Source: Octopus vulgaris
Taxonomy: Eukaryota
Assembly (NCBI GenBank): GCA_951406725.2
Contig: OX597814.1
Span: 98,332,001 to 98,396,000, forward strand
Direction: 5' to 3'
Length of the DNA stretch: 64,000 bases
Shown: positions 13,405 to 26,830 of the stretch, in pieces
Numbering within the stretch: the stretch's first letter is position 1
Layout: each line of letters begins with the position of its first letter
Program-made: the position numbers and the translations under genes
Notes under the pieces: model-generated
Database searches by the model: none
What the model saw: the letters and a program-made list of their open reading frames with translations, nothing else
What the model was told of the DNA's origin: nothing

Positions 13405-14030
13405 ATGAGTACAGGACGTAAAAAACGTGAACAAAATGAAAAACCAGAACATTAAAAAAACATAGAAAACGAACGTTTTTCGAACAACGAAATAGAGAAA
13501 CGAGACAGGCAACATAAAGAACAATCCCTTCATCAGTTATTCCCTGCTTTATCTACTCCGCGTTACGAACGTTAGGACAAGACACGACTCCGTTAAAACA
13601 GTCGTTCCCGCAAAGCAAATAAAATAAAATTTGGGATTTTGCGGAGGGTAAAAGTGGTAACAAAAACAGGACAGTAAGAACAAAACAGTAAAAACAAACG
13701 GTGAGGACTGTTAAGCCATGACGAGTTGAAGTGGTGAACGCTGAAGAAAGGAGCTACGACAGGAGACAGGCAAAAGTAGGTCTTGTCTCTTGTAAAGTAA
13801 GAGGAAGAAGGAACGATAGCCGCTAATCACGTATGAGCAACGAGAGAGTCAAGGAGAAAGAGTGAGGGAGAGAAAGGGGGAGAAAGAGAACGGTGAAGGG
13901 AGGAGGAGAAGAAAAACAGAAAGAAAGAATAATAATAGAGGAATAATGGGAGAATAGAGATAGTTCTAGAGTGCGCATCAGAATTATTAAGATAAAACTT
14001 ACTTAGAAAGGGATGCACGGTGTTCGATCA
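13405..14030 (-). repeat. Interspersed repeat, possibly a PLE terminal region; relatives at ~14080-14115 and ~22095-22265
   Basis: Shared TACAGGAC.T.AAAA.ACGT...TTTTCGAACAACGAAA...CAACATAAAGAA...TTC(A/T)TCAGTT. Confidence 0.55.
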
Positions 14031-14138
14031 TATAATAAAATAAATAATATATGTATATATGCATATATACATAGATGTATGAGTATAGGACGTCAAAAAG
14101 ACGTGAACAAAATGAATACATATATATATATATATAAG

Positions 14139-14540
14139 CAGGCATAGCTGTGTGGTTAAGAAAATTGCTATGCAACCATGTAGTTTCGGGTTCAGATCAA
14201 CTGCGCGGCACTTTGGGCAAATGTCTTCTACTAAAGCGCTGGGCCGACAGATGCACAGTGAGTGAATTTGGTACACGGAAACAGTATGGGTGTCCGTTGT
14301 GTATGTGTGTGTGCACGTGGGTGTGTGCGTGGGTGTTTATGTTTGTGTGTGTCTGCGTGTGTGTATGCTTGTGTTCATGTTTGTCTACCTCGCCGCTTGA
14401 CAACCGGATCTGGTTTGTTTACACCTCCGTAATGTAGCGCTTCGACAAGTGTCAGATAGAGTAAATATTAGGCTTAAAAAATAAGTATTAGGGTCGATTT
14501 GTACGACTGAACCCTTCAAAGCGATATTCCAACTTGGTAA
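14139..14540 (+). mobile_element. Diverged SINE family B copy
   Basis: GCTGTGTGGTTAAG head and CGCTTGACAACCG body. Confidence 0.75.
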
Positions 14541-15099
14541 CAGTTTAATCATTGATATATATGTGTGTGTGTGTGTGCGTGTGTGTGTGTGCGTGTGTGT
14601 GTGTGTGTAGTGGTACAAAAAAGGAACCAATGTTTGCTGGAAATAGCAGACGAAAACGGTCCTTATTGCAATGACATTTATTATTTTCACATAAGACTTT
14701 TTCACTGATCTCGGTTCTGTTTACTGCTAGGTGTTCAACCGAATATACTGGCATTGACGTCACGAATATTTTAAAATTTCGACTCCGGTGACCCTAGCTG
14801 ATGAGGACTAACCGAATTTACGATAGCAGGCGTATTAGGAAAGTGCAAAATGCGAGTAGTAGATTACCCAATCAAGGTTGTTCCTACTAGAGGTAAGACG
14901 AAAATATTTTATTATTTGCTGTCCGCACACATCTTTGCCAGTACATATTCATTGAAGCTTTATATAGCGTTGTACGGTTATCGACTGTTATTTTCAGCAA
15001 ACATTGATGCCTTGTTGTATCTACCACTATTTTCTATTCTACTTTTACGGTGCTTCATTTAGTTGGAAAATACTATTGCATTGCAATAATATATATATA

Positions 15100-16710
15100 T
15101 AGACCCAGAAAGAATGAAAGGCAAAGTCGGCCTCGGCAGAATTTGAACCAAGAATACAAAGACGGACGAAAAGCCACTAAGCATTTTGCTCGACGTGCTA
15201 ACGATTCTGCCAGATCGCTACCTTAAAAGCAGGCATTAATAATAAGATTAGGAAATCAACTATTAGAATAATTGAATAACAGAAGCACAATTGTTAAATG
15301 GTATAGTATCTTTTATTTCACATTTTGGCGTAAGATCAGCAATTCTGAGGGGAAGTGGCAAATCAATTACACCGACACCAGTAGTTGATTGGTACTGTAT
15401 GTTACCGATCGCCTTAGATGAGATAATAATATTAGTTTCAAATTTTTGCACAAGGCCAGCAAGTTTGGAGGAGGGCGTAAGTCGATTATATCGACCCTAG
15501 TGCTCGACTGGTACTTAATTTATCGACTCCGAAAGAATGAAAAGCAAAGTAGACCTCAGCGTAATTTGAAGTCAGAGCGTAAAGACGGACGAAATGTCCC
15601 TTAGCATTTTGTACGGCGTGCTAATGATTCTGCAATTTCACTGCCTTAGATGATACAAAAATATGTAATTCTTTATTGCACGCTGGGTGGAGTGGGGGCT
15701 AAACTTAGAAAGGACAAACAAGGACAGACAAATGGATTAAGTCGCTTACATCGACCTCAGCGCGTAACTGGTACTTATTTCATTGACCCCGAAAAGAATG
15801 AAAGGCCAAGTCAACCTCAGCGGAATTTGAACTCAGAAATACCTATTTCTTTACTACCCACAAGGAGCTAAACACAAAAGGGACAAACAAGGACAGACAA
15901 ACGGATTACGTCGATTATATCGACCCAAGTGCGTAACTGGTACTTATTTAATCGACCCCGAATGGATGAAAGGCAAAGTCGACCTCGGCGGAATTTGAAC
16001 TCAGAACGTAGCGACAGACGAAATACCTATTTCTTTACTACCCACAAGGGGCTAAATACAGGGAGGACAAACAAGGACAGACAAACGAATTAAGTCGATT
16101 ATATCGACCCCAGTGCGTAACTGGTACTTAATTTATCGACCCCGAAAGGATGAAAGGCAAAGTCGACCTCGGCGTAATTTGAACTCAGAACGTAGCGGCA
16201 GACGAAATACCTGTTTCATTACTACCTATTTCTTTACTACCAACAAGGGGTTAAACACAGAGGAGACAAACAAGGATGAACGGCAAAGTCGACCTCGGCG
16301 GAATTTGAACACACAACGTAGCGGCAGACGAAATACCTATTTCTTTACTACACAGAAGGGGCTAAACACAGAGAGGACAAACAAGGACAGACAAACGGAT
16401 TAAGTCGATTATATCGACCCCAGTGCGTAACTGATACTTATTTAATCGACCCCGAAAGGATGCCAGCTCGCCGCCTTATTATTTCTAATGGCTTATTATT
16501 ACTAATCTCTTCATCATTTATAATGGCTTAAAAGCAAATGTTTCGCAGCATTTCTTTCTGGTTTTACGTTCGGAGTTGAAATTCAACCGAGGTCAACTTT
16601 GCCTCTTATCTTTTCGAAGTTGATAAAGTATGGACCAGTTGAGCATTGGGATCGATGTAATCTACTTACACCTTGTATCCAAAATTGCTGGCTTTGTCTC
16701 AAAAGTTGAA
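15100..16710 (-). mobile_element. Cluster of SINE family A copies including a ~184-bp tandem array (15700-16478); last copy (16540-16710) on +
   Basis: Repeated GAAAGGCAAAGTCGACCTCGGCGGAATTTGAACTCAGAAC; the junction GAAATACC recurs at 15836, 16020, 16204 and 16330, followed by TATTTCTTTACTAC in three of the four. Confidence 0.9.
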
Positions 16711-16822
16711 ACTATTATTTCTAATGAGCTGAACCTAAAAGGAAATGGGAATATTAAGTGCTATTAATTTTTAAAGTATGTACCTATTTTTGGAACACCC
16801 TGTATAAATACACGCACACGCT

Positions 16823-16880
<58 letters not shown>

Positions 16881-17498
16881 CGCACATATATACACATGAA
16901 TATATGTGGAGTGTACTAATGTATATGCGTTTTTCGCTGCCTTTCTGTATACTCGCACGCACACACACACGCACGCACGCAGGCACGCACGCGCGCGCTC
17001 ATAAAATATACGACATACATTGAACAATATAAAATCAACAAAGAATAATTGAAAGTTTTGTTTTCCGTTGAAGGTCACGCACGATGAAACCGTCTTCCTG
17101 TATTATTAACAAAGACTTCTGGAAGATGGTGGCACCATAATTGCCCTCTTCATGCAGTCGTTGTTTAATTAAAGTGCTTCGACTTGTTTTTCTTATCATA
17201 AACTTGACCCTCTTATTTAGATGCTATGATTGAACAAGTGTGTCCCACTGACTTTAAACACACCTTCTTTTCTGTGTTATTCATTTGTTATTTATTTTAT
17301 TTAGACACGCACACACACATACACATACACACATACACACATACACACGTACATACATTCATACGTACATATGTATACCCATATATGTATATATATATGT
17401 GTGTATATATGTGTTTTGTATGTATGCGTATGTATGTATATATGTGTTTTGTATGTATGCGTATGTATGTACATATATATATGTGTGTGTATGTGTGT

Positions 17499-17531
<33 letters not shown>

Positions 17532-17596
17532 AGAATCTGCCTGTCTATCTATTTATCTAGCTACCTACCTACTTACCTACCTACCTACATACCTAC

Positions 17597-17682
<86 letters not shown>

Positions 17683-17709
17683 CTCCAAATGGAGGGACAG
17701 ACATATTTT

Positions 17710-17779
<70 letters not shown>

Positions 17780-17820
17780 TGTAAATATACACACACATAT
17801 ATATACATACATATATATAT

Positions 17821-17888
<68 letters not shown>

Positions 17889-17909
17889 TATATATAAATA
17901 TGTATATAT

Positions 17910-18043
17910 ATACCATTTATTCGGATAAATTTACTACGCACATTAAAAACCTCTTGTAAGTTCACATCTGCGCACACATATACCATTATTCGGATAAATT
18001 TACTACGCACATTAAAAACCTCTTGTAAGTTCACATCTGCGCA

Positions 18044-18045
<2 letters not shown>
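17910..18045. repeat. ~68-bp tandem duplication within TA tracts
   Basis: ATACCATT(TT)ATTCGGATAAATTTACTACGCAC...CATCTGCGCAC occurs twice. Confidence 0.85.
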
Positions 18046-18095
<50 letters not shown>

Positions 18096-18103
18096 TAGAT
18101 ATA

Positions 18104-18219
<116 letters not shown>

Positions 18220-18525
18220 AGTAGAAATTATAGGTACAAATAGATATACGACTATTACTGTTACTTAGAGCTCCATGTAAAGTTTTATAATCTAGTCTAG
18301 TCTACTTTCTATGTAGCGTGAATCGAGCTACGGTGTTAATTATATTTATTATTTATCTAATTTGTATAAATAATACACAGAGCTATATCATTTCAATTCT
18401 CATGTATGTTGGAATACGGTTCCGGACTATACTAATGTTGTTTTTTACACACTAAAGGTATTATTTTCATTTGCTATATATATCATTTTATTTCATTAAT
18501 CTACCTGCATGTCTGTCTCATTACA

Positions 18526-18561
<36 letters not shown>

Positions 18562-18899
18562 TACTTATAGGTAGTATTTGTAAAGTGTGTGTGTTGATTT
18601 CATTGCTGGAAAGCATAAGCGTTTTGAAGCTTTTATCAAATGTTTAGTATTCCATAACAAACTTAAATGATCAAAATACACTGACGATTATTGGTAGAAA
18701 TTTTAAGTCATGAAGTGAGTGGAGAGCTGTAAATTTTAAAGTAGCTTTTCATAAATATTCCCTGAGTCAGTTTAAAAGGAATGTTCACTTTGGCAGCGTA
18801 GTCGACCTCCGTAACTGACATACATTATCTTTTATGGACCAAAACATAATAGTGGGGCTTGTTGAAACGCAGGTATATACTAAAAATGTATTTCTTGAA

Positions 18900-19760
18900 T
18901 ATTTTACTCCAAGACAGTCTTTTCTACGACCGATGTATTGTAAATCATTTTGGGAACATCATGATGTGTTATGCTGTGTTGAATGTACCTTAATGTGATG
19001 CATGAGTAGATGCTGATCAACTGTATAGTATTGTTCATAGAGATGTAGCTTAATCGACATTTTAAGTTGCGTGTCAGGGACTCAAGCATTTTACTACCTT
19101 TTTGGTCCAATAGGTATTTGTCACCTACTTATTCTTCTTGAATCGCAAAACCATATCTTCAAATTGTAACTTTATGAAACGGTCCCCAGTCACAGTGAAT
19201 CTACGCTTCCTGTGGATGTTACAATCAATCATCCTCAAATTTATAGGAAATATGGCATAATTATTTTTACATATTAGTATGCAGGGTACTTCCCTTTGAA
19301 ATTTGTTTTTTGAGTGTAACGATAGTCCATCTGTTCAAGGTTTATAAGGAATGTAAAGAAGAAATGATAGAGTATTTCTTGAAGAATTCATTACCGACCC
19401 AAAAAATGTTTATATTTTTCTTTTTACCACTTGGTTACTGAATTTGCTCCTACTGCTTTTGTTTTGGTAGCTATCTTTGAATGATGCAATATCCATTCAA
19501 AGGCTGAGTAGATAGCGTTTCAATCTCTACACCTCTTTTCTCCGATATAAAGTGATGTCAATCTCTTTGTGAAAGTTTCCTCTTGAAGTCAGAATATCGT
19601 GGATTATATGATATTTATCGAATGAATTTTCTTTATGGATAAAACAGGTACTGGTACTGAAAGTCTGTTGTAGGATATTATTTTTTTTTCTACTTTTATA
19701 GGAGTAGCTGTCCAAATGCTGATTTTGTTAATGTCTGGTATAATATTCGTTTGCCACTGT
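18900..19760 (-). pseudogene. Heavily decayed R4/Dong-like fragment
   Basis: ILTSRGNFHKEIDITLYRRKE, YGFAIQEE*VGDKYL and NLKCRL appear in the same order as in the 8740-9365 copy. Confidence 0.65.
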
Positions 19761-20859
19761 GGTTGCCAACACTTTTGTATATTAGATTTTTGTCAAAATC
19801 TAGTTATTTAGAGCGCTCATTATGCAGAACAAAGCAGTTAGAGATATCTTCATGTAAAAGATTTTGGCTTGTAAAGATCATCTGTAAATTAATTATGGGT
19901 TATATTAGTGTCGTTTGCTTTTGAACATCCTAGCTCAACCATTCGATTATTATCAAAGAATCATCGAATTATTTATTTTTAAAACTAATAATATGATTAT
20001 TGATCAGGTTTTTCTGAGTTTTAAAAAAGCAACAACTAGATTTTTCCTAAATTTACTGACTCTAGCAACCACTAAAACCAAACTTCTTTTTTTAATAAAG
20101 CTAAATTATCATAGAATTTCTGCAATGTTTATTTATTATTATTATTTTCTTTACTTCATACAACACAGCTTTATTTATTAGTTGTTCAACACATTCAAAT
20201 ATTCTCATCAATCTTTGCTCATCTATCACTACGTTGTTGAACCCGCAATAATCTGTGAGGATTTGACACAAACAGATTGAGAAAATTTTTCTATAATTCT
20301 CTTCCAGCACTTCGTCAAATATTTTCATATTGTTTCTAATTTCATTGTCAGTAACTTTTTACTAGAGAGTGGTTGTTTTTTTATTCTTTCTATTCACCTC
20401 AAAAGCATTCCTTTTTTTAAAGATATATGACAGAAATTTTAAAAATTATTCTAAATCTGCAGTTTTATATTGTTTTTATTTTCTCTTTCGGATCAGTTTC
20501 ATACGATGAAATATGAAAGTTTGAGTGTTGGTAATGATGATGGTGATGAAAACGGCCGTTTGTTTATATTTTCGAGTTCATTTCTCTATCAACCAACGAT
20601 GGTTTGGGGTACTTTCAGAAAATCAACTAAATTGCTTCTTTGACGGTCATTGTTTGGGCAACGAAAGATACCTGGTGGCGGAACTGCTTAAAAATGCTGA
20701 TAGAAGAATTTTTGTGGTCATCGGAGTAAATCCTGATTAAAATGTAAATACCAAGTGAAGTGAGCAGAATAGGTGAATCACAAAATTTGACTGTAATTTT
20801 TGTAATACAGTTCTATATTTAAGAGATGAGAGATTTTAGATGGGTGTCTGTCGCTATTT

Positions 20860-21000
20860 TTCTTGAATCACCGATAGTGCTTCACCAGTTGGGACTTTGG
20901 TGAACAGGCTTATCACATCTAAATTCACCAGCTGGTTGGATTCAATGGGGAGTATCCTTGATCAATTCTATGAAGTGGGTGGAATTCTTCACGTACGATA
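20860..21000 (-). pseudogene. Penelope-like RT fragment (inverted)
   Basis: SYVKNSTHFIELIKD / NQLVNLDVISLFTKVPTGEALSVIQE fits the PLE RT motif LVSFDVxSLFTxVP. Confidence 0.85.
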
Positions 21001-21002
21001 TT

Positions 21003-21046
21003 GACATGATGAAGGTTGGAGGGTATATCAGCCGAAACGTTGTGTT
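21003..21046 (+). ncRNA. Hammerhead-like motif in a Penelope terminal repeat (2-nt deletion removes core C3)
   Basis: GACA-TGATGA-A-GGTTG-GAGGGTATAT-CAGCC-GAAA-CG-TT-GTGTT; the homolog at 29511 has the full core. Confidence 0.6.
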
Positions 21047-21139
21047 AATGACAAACAAGATGAAGACAAATATTCATCAAATGTAAATAAAGTAATTAAT
21101 GTACATAATTCCTCATCTCTTAAATATAGAACTGTATTA

Positions 21140-21720
21140 TCTAACTAGTACGGAGCCGACATTAGATTTCAATGGAGACATATAGAGAAACTCCATCAAA
21201 AACTAGTTCGTATTTCAAACCATCTAACTTTCTTGTGTAGATGTAGAGACTCAAAGCTAATACCACCTGGCTTGAATATAATGACATCAATGGATTCATA
21301 TAAAGCTAGAAGAGTAGTGGAAAGGGCAGGACATGCTCTCGTCCGTGAGAGGATCCATTATAACCGTTGGAATAAACATCAACTAAATAACAAAATCAAA
21401 GAGAGCTTATATTCATTGCTTTGGAAAATAACCAGAGATGATGATAGAAAGAAAATTCAACAAGATCTAGAAAAGTCGTATATGAAAAAATTTGAAATGG
21501 TGAAGACACACCAGATTAAGAAGTTTATAGTCAGAGAATGAAGACTGGAGTACGTCACCCACTTGTGAAAGCAGTAATTAATGTAAGTAGCCGACATCTA
21601 GAAAGCTCTGGAGAAGCAGCACTGAACAAAGGTCTTAACTTTCCGACAACCATCAAGCGCACTCCATACTGGAATATAATAGCTCCTATTGAAGAGACAG
21701 CCATAAAGGTACCAAAAGAT
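21140..21720 (+). pseudogene. Penelope-like ORF, N-terminal region
   Basis: NHLTFLCRCRDSKLIPPGL and VINVSSRHLESSGEAALNKGLNF are typical PLE N-terminal motifs. Confidence 0.8.
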
Positions 21721-21939
21721 AGCGAAACTTCTGATTATACAAACGACGATTTCCAACTAAAGCTTTTATCACTCTACTAACCGTTAGTAGCTCTGCTTTA
21801 GAGAATCCGAAAGGACACGATTAATTCACAAATCCCATCCAGCCACCAGTACGAATACACGCATACGTATGCATGCGTCAAAAATCATGGATACACCAAG
21901 AAAATAGTATGCAAAATGACATATACATACATAAATACA

Positions 21940-22011
<72 letters not shown>

Positions 22012-22263
22012 ATATAAATAATATATAAATATATGCATATATACATACATATATGCACATACCTACATATATATGTATATATACATGTATATATGGGTAC
22101 AGGACATCAAAACACGTTGAACAGAATGAGAAACGAAAACATAAAAACAAAAACATAGAAACGAACTTTTTTCGAACAACGAAAAAAAAACAAACAGACA
22201 ATCGAGACATACAACATAAAGAATATTCCTCTTCTTCAGTTGTCCCTGTTTCATCTATTCCAC

Positions 22264-22311
<48 letters not shown>

Positions 22312-22315
<4 letters not shown>

Positions 22316-22665
22316 AAAAAAGTCAAGGTAGAAAATGCTAAAATACTTTTATAAAAAACATTTCAGTACCGGTTCCAGTCATTGTGACTTTTTCAACTGT
22401 AAGCATGGAAAAATTAAATTTTGGAAAAATTAAAAGAAAAGTGTTTTTAGAAGAATATTTGCATAGTATTCAAATACAAGGAAAATGCCCCTTGTATTTG
22501 AAAACTATGCAAATATTCTCTTACAAAAACTTTTCTTTTAATTTTTCCAAAATTTTATTGTTTTTCATACTCACAGTTGAAAAACTCACAACGGCTGAAA
22601 CTGGTACTGAAATGTTTTTTATAAAATTATTTTAGCATTTTCTACCTTCGCATTTTTTCCATATA
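22312..22665. repeat. ~350-bp hairpin between (TA)n tracts with a U3-A8 hammerhead-like motif in each arm (22364-22399 minus, 22574-22609 plus)
   Basis: The arms pair about centre ~22487; consensus motif CAG-TTGAAAA-AGTC-N5-GACT-GAAA-CCGG-TA-CTG. Confidence 0.8.
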
Positions 22666-22690
22666 TATCAACTTGTGTGCCTTTTCAATC

Positions 22691-22767
<77 letters not shown>

Positions 22768-23084
22768 CTTGTATGTATGTCATTATTCAGTCTATTTCAA
22801 GAGTTCTTGCCAATTGAGAAAGAACCGGTTTCTAACCTAGATCCAAGGTTCCTTCATTGGAATTTCAACATCAAGAACAGGGCATTTTTTGCTTGCATGT
22901 ATGTATGTATGTATGTATGTATGTATGTATGTATGTATGTATGTATGTATGTATGTATGTATGTATGCATGTATGTATGTGCATATTTGTATGTTTTATG
23001 TATGTATTCTCATGCATATAGTTGCATATCTTGACATGCTCATATATATATTTAAATGATAAAATAATGGAAAGTTTTACAGAT

Positions 23085-23385
23085 TTTTACAGTTCCAGTG
23101 TTGGATTGGGTAGTCTTCGAATTAGCTTTCTACTTTCTGGTTTTAAGAAGCCTAATATTTCAAGATTGGTATTGAGGCAGTGTGTTACACATCCAAGGAC
23201 CCGAATAATTACAAGTACACTCCTGAATTTATATTCTGGATAGAGTAACTGCAGATTTCTCAATAGTTCAGTATACTTTTTCACTGATCTTCAGCTTTAT
23301 GTTAATATCCGCTGGGCAGCTAATTTCCACAAGTGTGCACACTTTTTCTTCTATATCCCAAATCATTATATCAGGTCTCTTGTAC
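23085..23385 (-). pseudogene. RLE endonuclease fragment of an R4/Dong-like element
   Basis: KRPDIMIWDIEEKVCTLVEISCPAD...KYTELLRNLQLLYP...IIRVLG (PD-(D/E)xK type). Confidence 0.85.
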
Positions 23386-23390
23386 TTATA

Positions 23391-23437
<47 letters not shown>

Positions 23438-24341
23438 ATGCATGTATGAATGTATATATGTATGCATGTATGTATGTATGTATGAGCTTGTATGCATGTA
23501 TATATATATGCATGGTCAAGTACATCCATATGTGACCAGCAACTTGATAATATCTAAAATTTAATGAATATCTTCCTGTCTAGATTGAAAAACTGATTTT
23601 CTTATATTGTAGAACACACATGCACACACAGACACACACACAAACACGCAGACACACAGCCACGTACCCATATTATAAATAATCTAGTAATAAATAGTCT
23701 TCTAATATGTTAATACTTATTCATTTAGAGCACAGGGTGCTTGCACTATTAACATTTCTTGGTGACTGTTTTGAGTTTCTTTTCTTTTCCTGTTTTGAAT
23801 ATTTGTAAAAGACTCGATGTAGAAAATTTTAACTGAAGAATAGCTATGAGCTATCGAAAAATATTATTTTGTTACGTATGTAAAATATGAAAGAGTTGAA
23901 ATAAATTATTTAAGGGTGAATAATGGTATGTAATAAATACATTGAGTTAAACAGGCCCTTAGATTTAGAAACGGACGAAAATGACTTGATGGGACTGAAT
24001 AAACCTTTTACTATTCATAGATTATAGCCATATCCTCTCCGAGAGACTAACCCCTACAATAATTTATTTCGTATCTTCTCGAAATACCAACCTTTTCACG
24101 TTATAAAAGATATGCTTCAAGAAAGATGATGACCCTTTCAACTCATAGAAGGATAATATATCCAAAATACGACTGCGAAAAACTTATAATCAATGAGTAA
24201 ACTAAAATATTTGGGGTAAGCAATGCAACCATTGGGAATGAATTTGGTATTTTATTTATTACACACGAATAAACGACCATATTTTATTAACCCAATAACT
24301 AAATTCTTCACGTTTAGTTGTAACTTATGAATGACAAAAGT

Positions 24342-24450
24342 AGTGCCGTCACCGTGACCTCGGGTCATCACCATGAATTGACTAATCAGAATCAGCGCTG
24401 TCACCGTGACCTCGGGTCATCACCATGGATTGACCAATCAGAAGCAGCGC
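24342..24450. repeat. 53-bp tandem duplication containing the inverted repeat TGACC-TCG-GGTCA
   Basis: GTCACCGTGACCTCGGGTCATCACCATG(A/G)ATTGAC(T/C)AATCAGAA occurs twice. Confidence 0.85.
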
Positions 24451-25825
24451 TCACAGTATCTGACATATGTTAGATACCAAAAATATCTCAAAGTGTTCTC
24501 ACTCATATGTGTGTAATAACAAGCATTAATATTGTATTGAGTAGGCAGATACACGGATATTGACGTTATAATTTGACGTCATCTGAAAGACTAAATGATA
24601 AACTATAAAGGCTGCATAAGGGATGTATTTCCTTTAACAAAAACCACCTTTATATAAACTACAGAAAGGTGTGTTTATGTAAGAGTGTTTTTTAGAAGAT
24701 ATGCAACACCCAGACTAAACAGTTATACAGAAAAGAAATAAACCAAAAGTGAATAATCATGTTAAATTCAAGCATTTTAAAGTAGGGGGTATATCTTCCC
24801 TGAACCAAATTTTATCAAACCGGCTTCCATTTCCGGTTGTTTTCACTTGAGAATTCCTATGTTCTCGTCAGAAAGGCGCGAAAGCCATGATTTCATATCC
24901 TCCTTTTGTACTGATTGCATGCTTGTGGTGCATGCGTGCAGTTGTCTAGAATCCAGTGTGAATATTATTTACGTGTCTGTTTTAAACCGCAATTACTAAT
25001 AAAGGAAAATATCATAGAATCTCAATCTCTCTCACGCTCTCAGAGAGAATATAATTAGAATTGGATAATGGTGAATGTGTGCACGTGTGTATGAGGGGGT
25101 GGATAGTTCCGTATGTAAATGAAGATTTCGCACACCGTTAATGGTGTATTGGGTAGTTTCAAAACTATCCCCTTCGTTTAGTGCACCCCATCGTACCAAT
25201 AGCTGCTTGAGGTGGAAAAAAAGAAATGGTATGTTGTTGCTATTAATGTATTAGTCCCAGGTCAGCTCTAACAGAGCAAACCTATGATGGAAGGGGAAGT
25301 AACCGTGACTATCCCAAACCCTTTTGTATCACAGCAAATGCATCGTCGATTGTTGTTGCTATTTGTAAGTCTAAAAATAAAAACGCGCGGAGGCTTCTTT
25401 GCTTACCTGCGAAAATGATATTAACTACAAACAAAATTACTATTAATAGAAAATACTACATAAAATACAGCACCACCAGCTCACCATTCTCAAAGATCAG
25501 TGTGCCTCATTCCAACTTAAACCTGGCTCACTGCCAAAGCAATAAATTGCTATTCCTACATAAATTGAGAGAGACAGAAAAAACACCATCTTATGTAATT
25601 CAAGATGATTATACATATTAATTAATTTTGAAAATCTTCAGTATATAATCATCATCACTTGTAGTAGAAGCAGCAGCAACAACCAGTAAAGCATTTCAAC
25701 GAAACACTTATATGCACAACAATAACGAGTATAACGAACCAATGAGGAGCCTCATTGGCCAGCTAGAAATAGTAGCTAAATTTCCTTTGAAGTACATATT
25801 ACATGATGTAATTATGACAGAAATG

Positions 25826-25879
<54 letters not shown>

Positions 25880-25884
25880 TTAAT

Positions 25885-26830
25885 TTTGGCAGACGTTCTC
25901 TAGAATAATACTCTGTGCAAAACCAGACATATGGCATACTAGTCATAACAACAACTTGAACTTCTAACTTGTCTCTTAAGGTCTCAGGGTGAGACTTGGA
26001 GCCAATTTTTACAAATAGAGAGCAAAAGCCAAACATATGACAACAGCAGTAGCAGCAGCAGCAACAACAACAACAACAAAAATAACAGCAGTAACAACAA
26101 CAACAACAACAACAATTATTATTATAATTATAATAATAATAATAACGACAATGGAAATAGATAAATTGATGGAGAAAGAAATGACAGACAAATTTAAGGT
26201 GGAGTTCTTGCGCAGTGTGACTGACCCTTAAGTCGAAATAAAAACGGACGAAATAAGATCGAAGCTATCAACACCTAGGCGGTTTCATGACTTAGATATG
26301 GAGCAGGGGTAATCGCATGGACAGTAGACAAACTAAACAGCTTAGACAGAAAGACAAGGAAGTTACTGACTAGATATGGGATACTCCACTCAAAAAGTGA
26401 CACAGATTGACTGTATGTACTAAGAAAAAGAGGGAACAGAGAACTGATTGGATGCGGACTCAGCATTAGAGCAGAAGAAAACAACATAGCATGGTATGTA
26501 AAAGATGCCACAGAACCACTATTACTGGAAGAAGGTCAGGCTTGTGTAGGATGGAATACTGCAAAGATAAAGCAGTGTACAAGGACTTGAGAATGAAGTA
26601 AACTGAAAATATGTGGATAAAGGAAAGAATGCATAGACAATTTCATAGGGTTGTTGAAGATGGCTCTGGATGAATAAAAGTAATTTAAAACCGGAAACGG
26701 AGGTTCTAATCTAGGCTACCCAAGAGCAAACATTAAGAACGAATTACATCAACTACGGAATAAACAACACATCAGAAAGTGATAAGTGTAGAATTTGTGG
26801 ACATAATGTCGAAACCGATGCTGGCATACT
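25885..26830 (+). pseudogene. R4/Dong-like 3' UTR followed by a post-RT fragment of another copy
   Basis: UTR matches 3995-4100; NKIEAINT, RYGAGVIAWT and LDRKTRKLLT...ILHSKSDTD*LYV. Confidence 0.8.

Noticed and set aside
14792-14830. CTGATGA-GG-ACTAA-CC-GAAT hammerhead-like string
   Set aside because: GAAT instead of GAAA, only a 2-bp stem II, and no palindromic stem III
15700-16478. CRISPR-like regular repeats
   Set aside because: The units are whole SINE bodies with no unique spacers, in a eukaryotic context with no cas genes
18900-20340. Possible endogenous viral or Polinton coding region
   Set aside because: Translated motifs in 18900-19760 match the R4/Dong-like family found elsewhere in the window; the rest is unassignable
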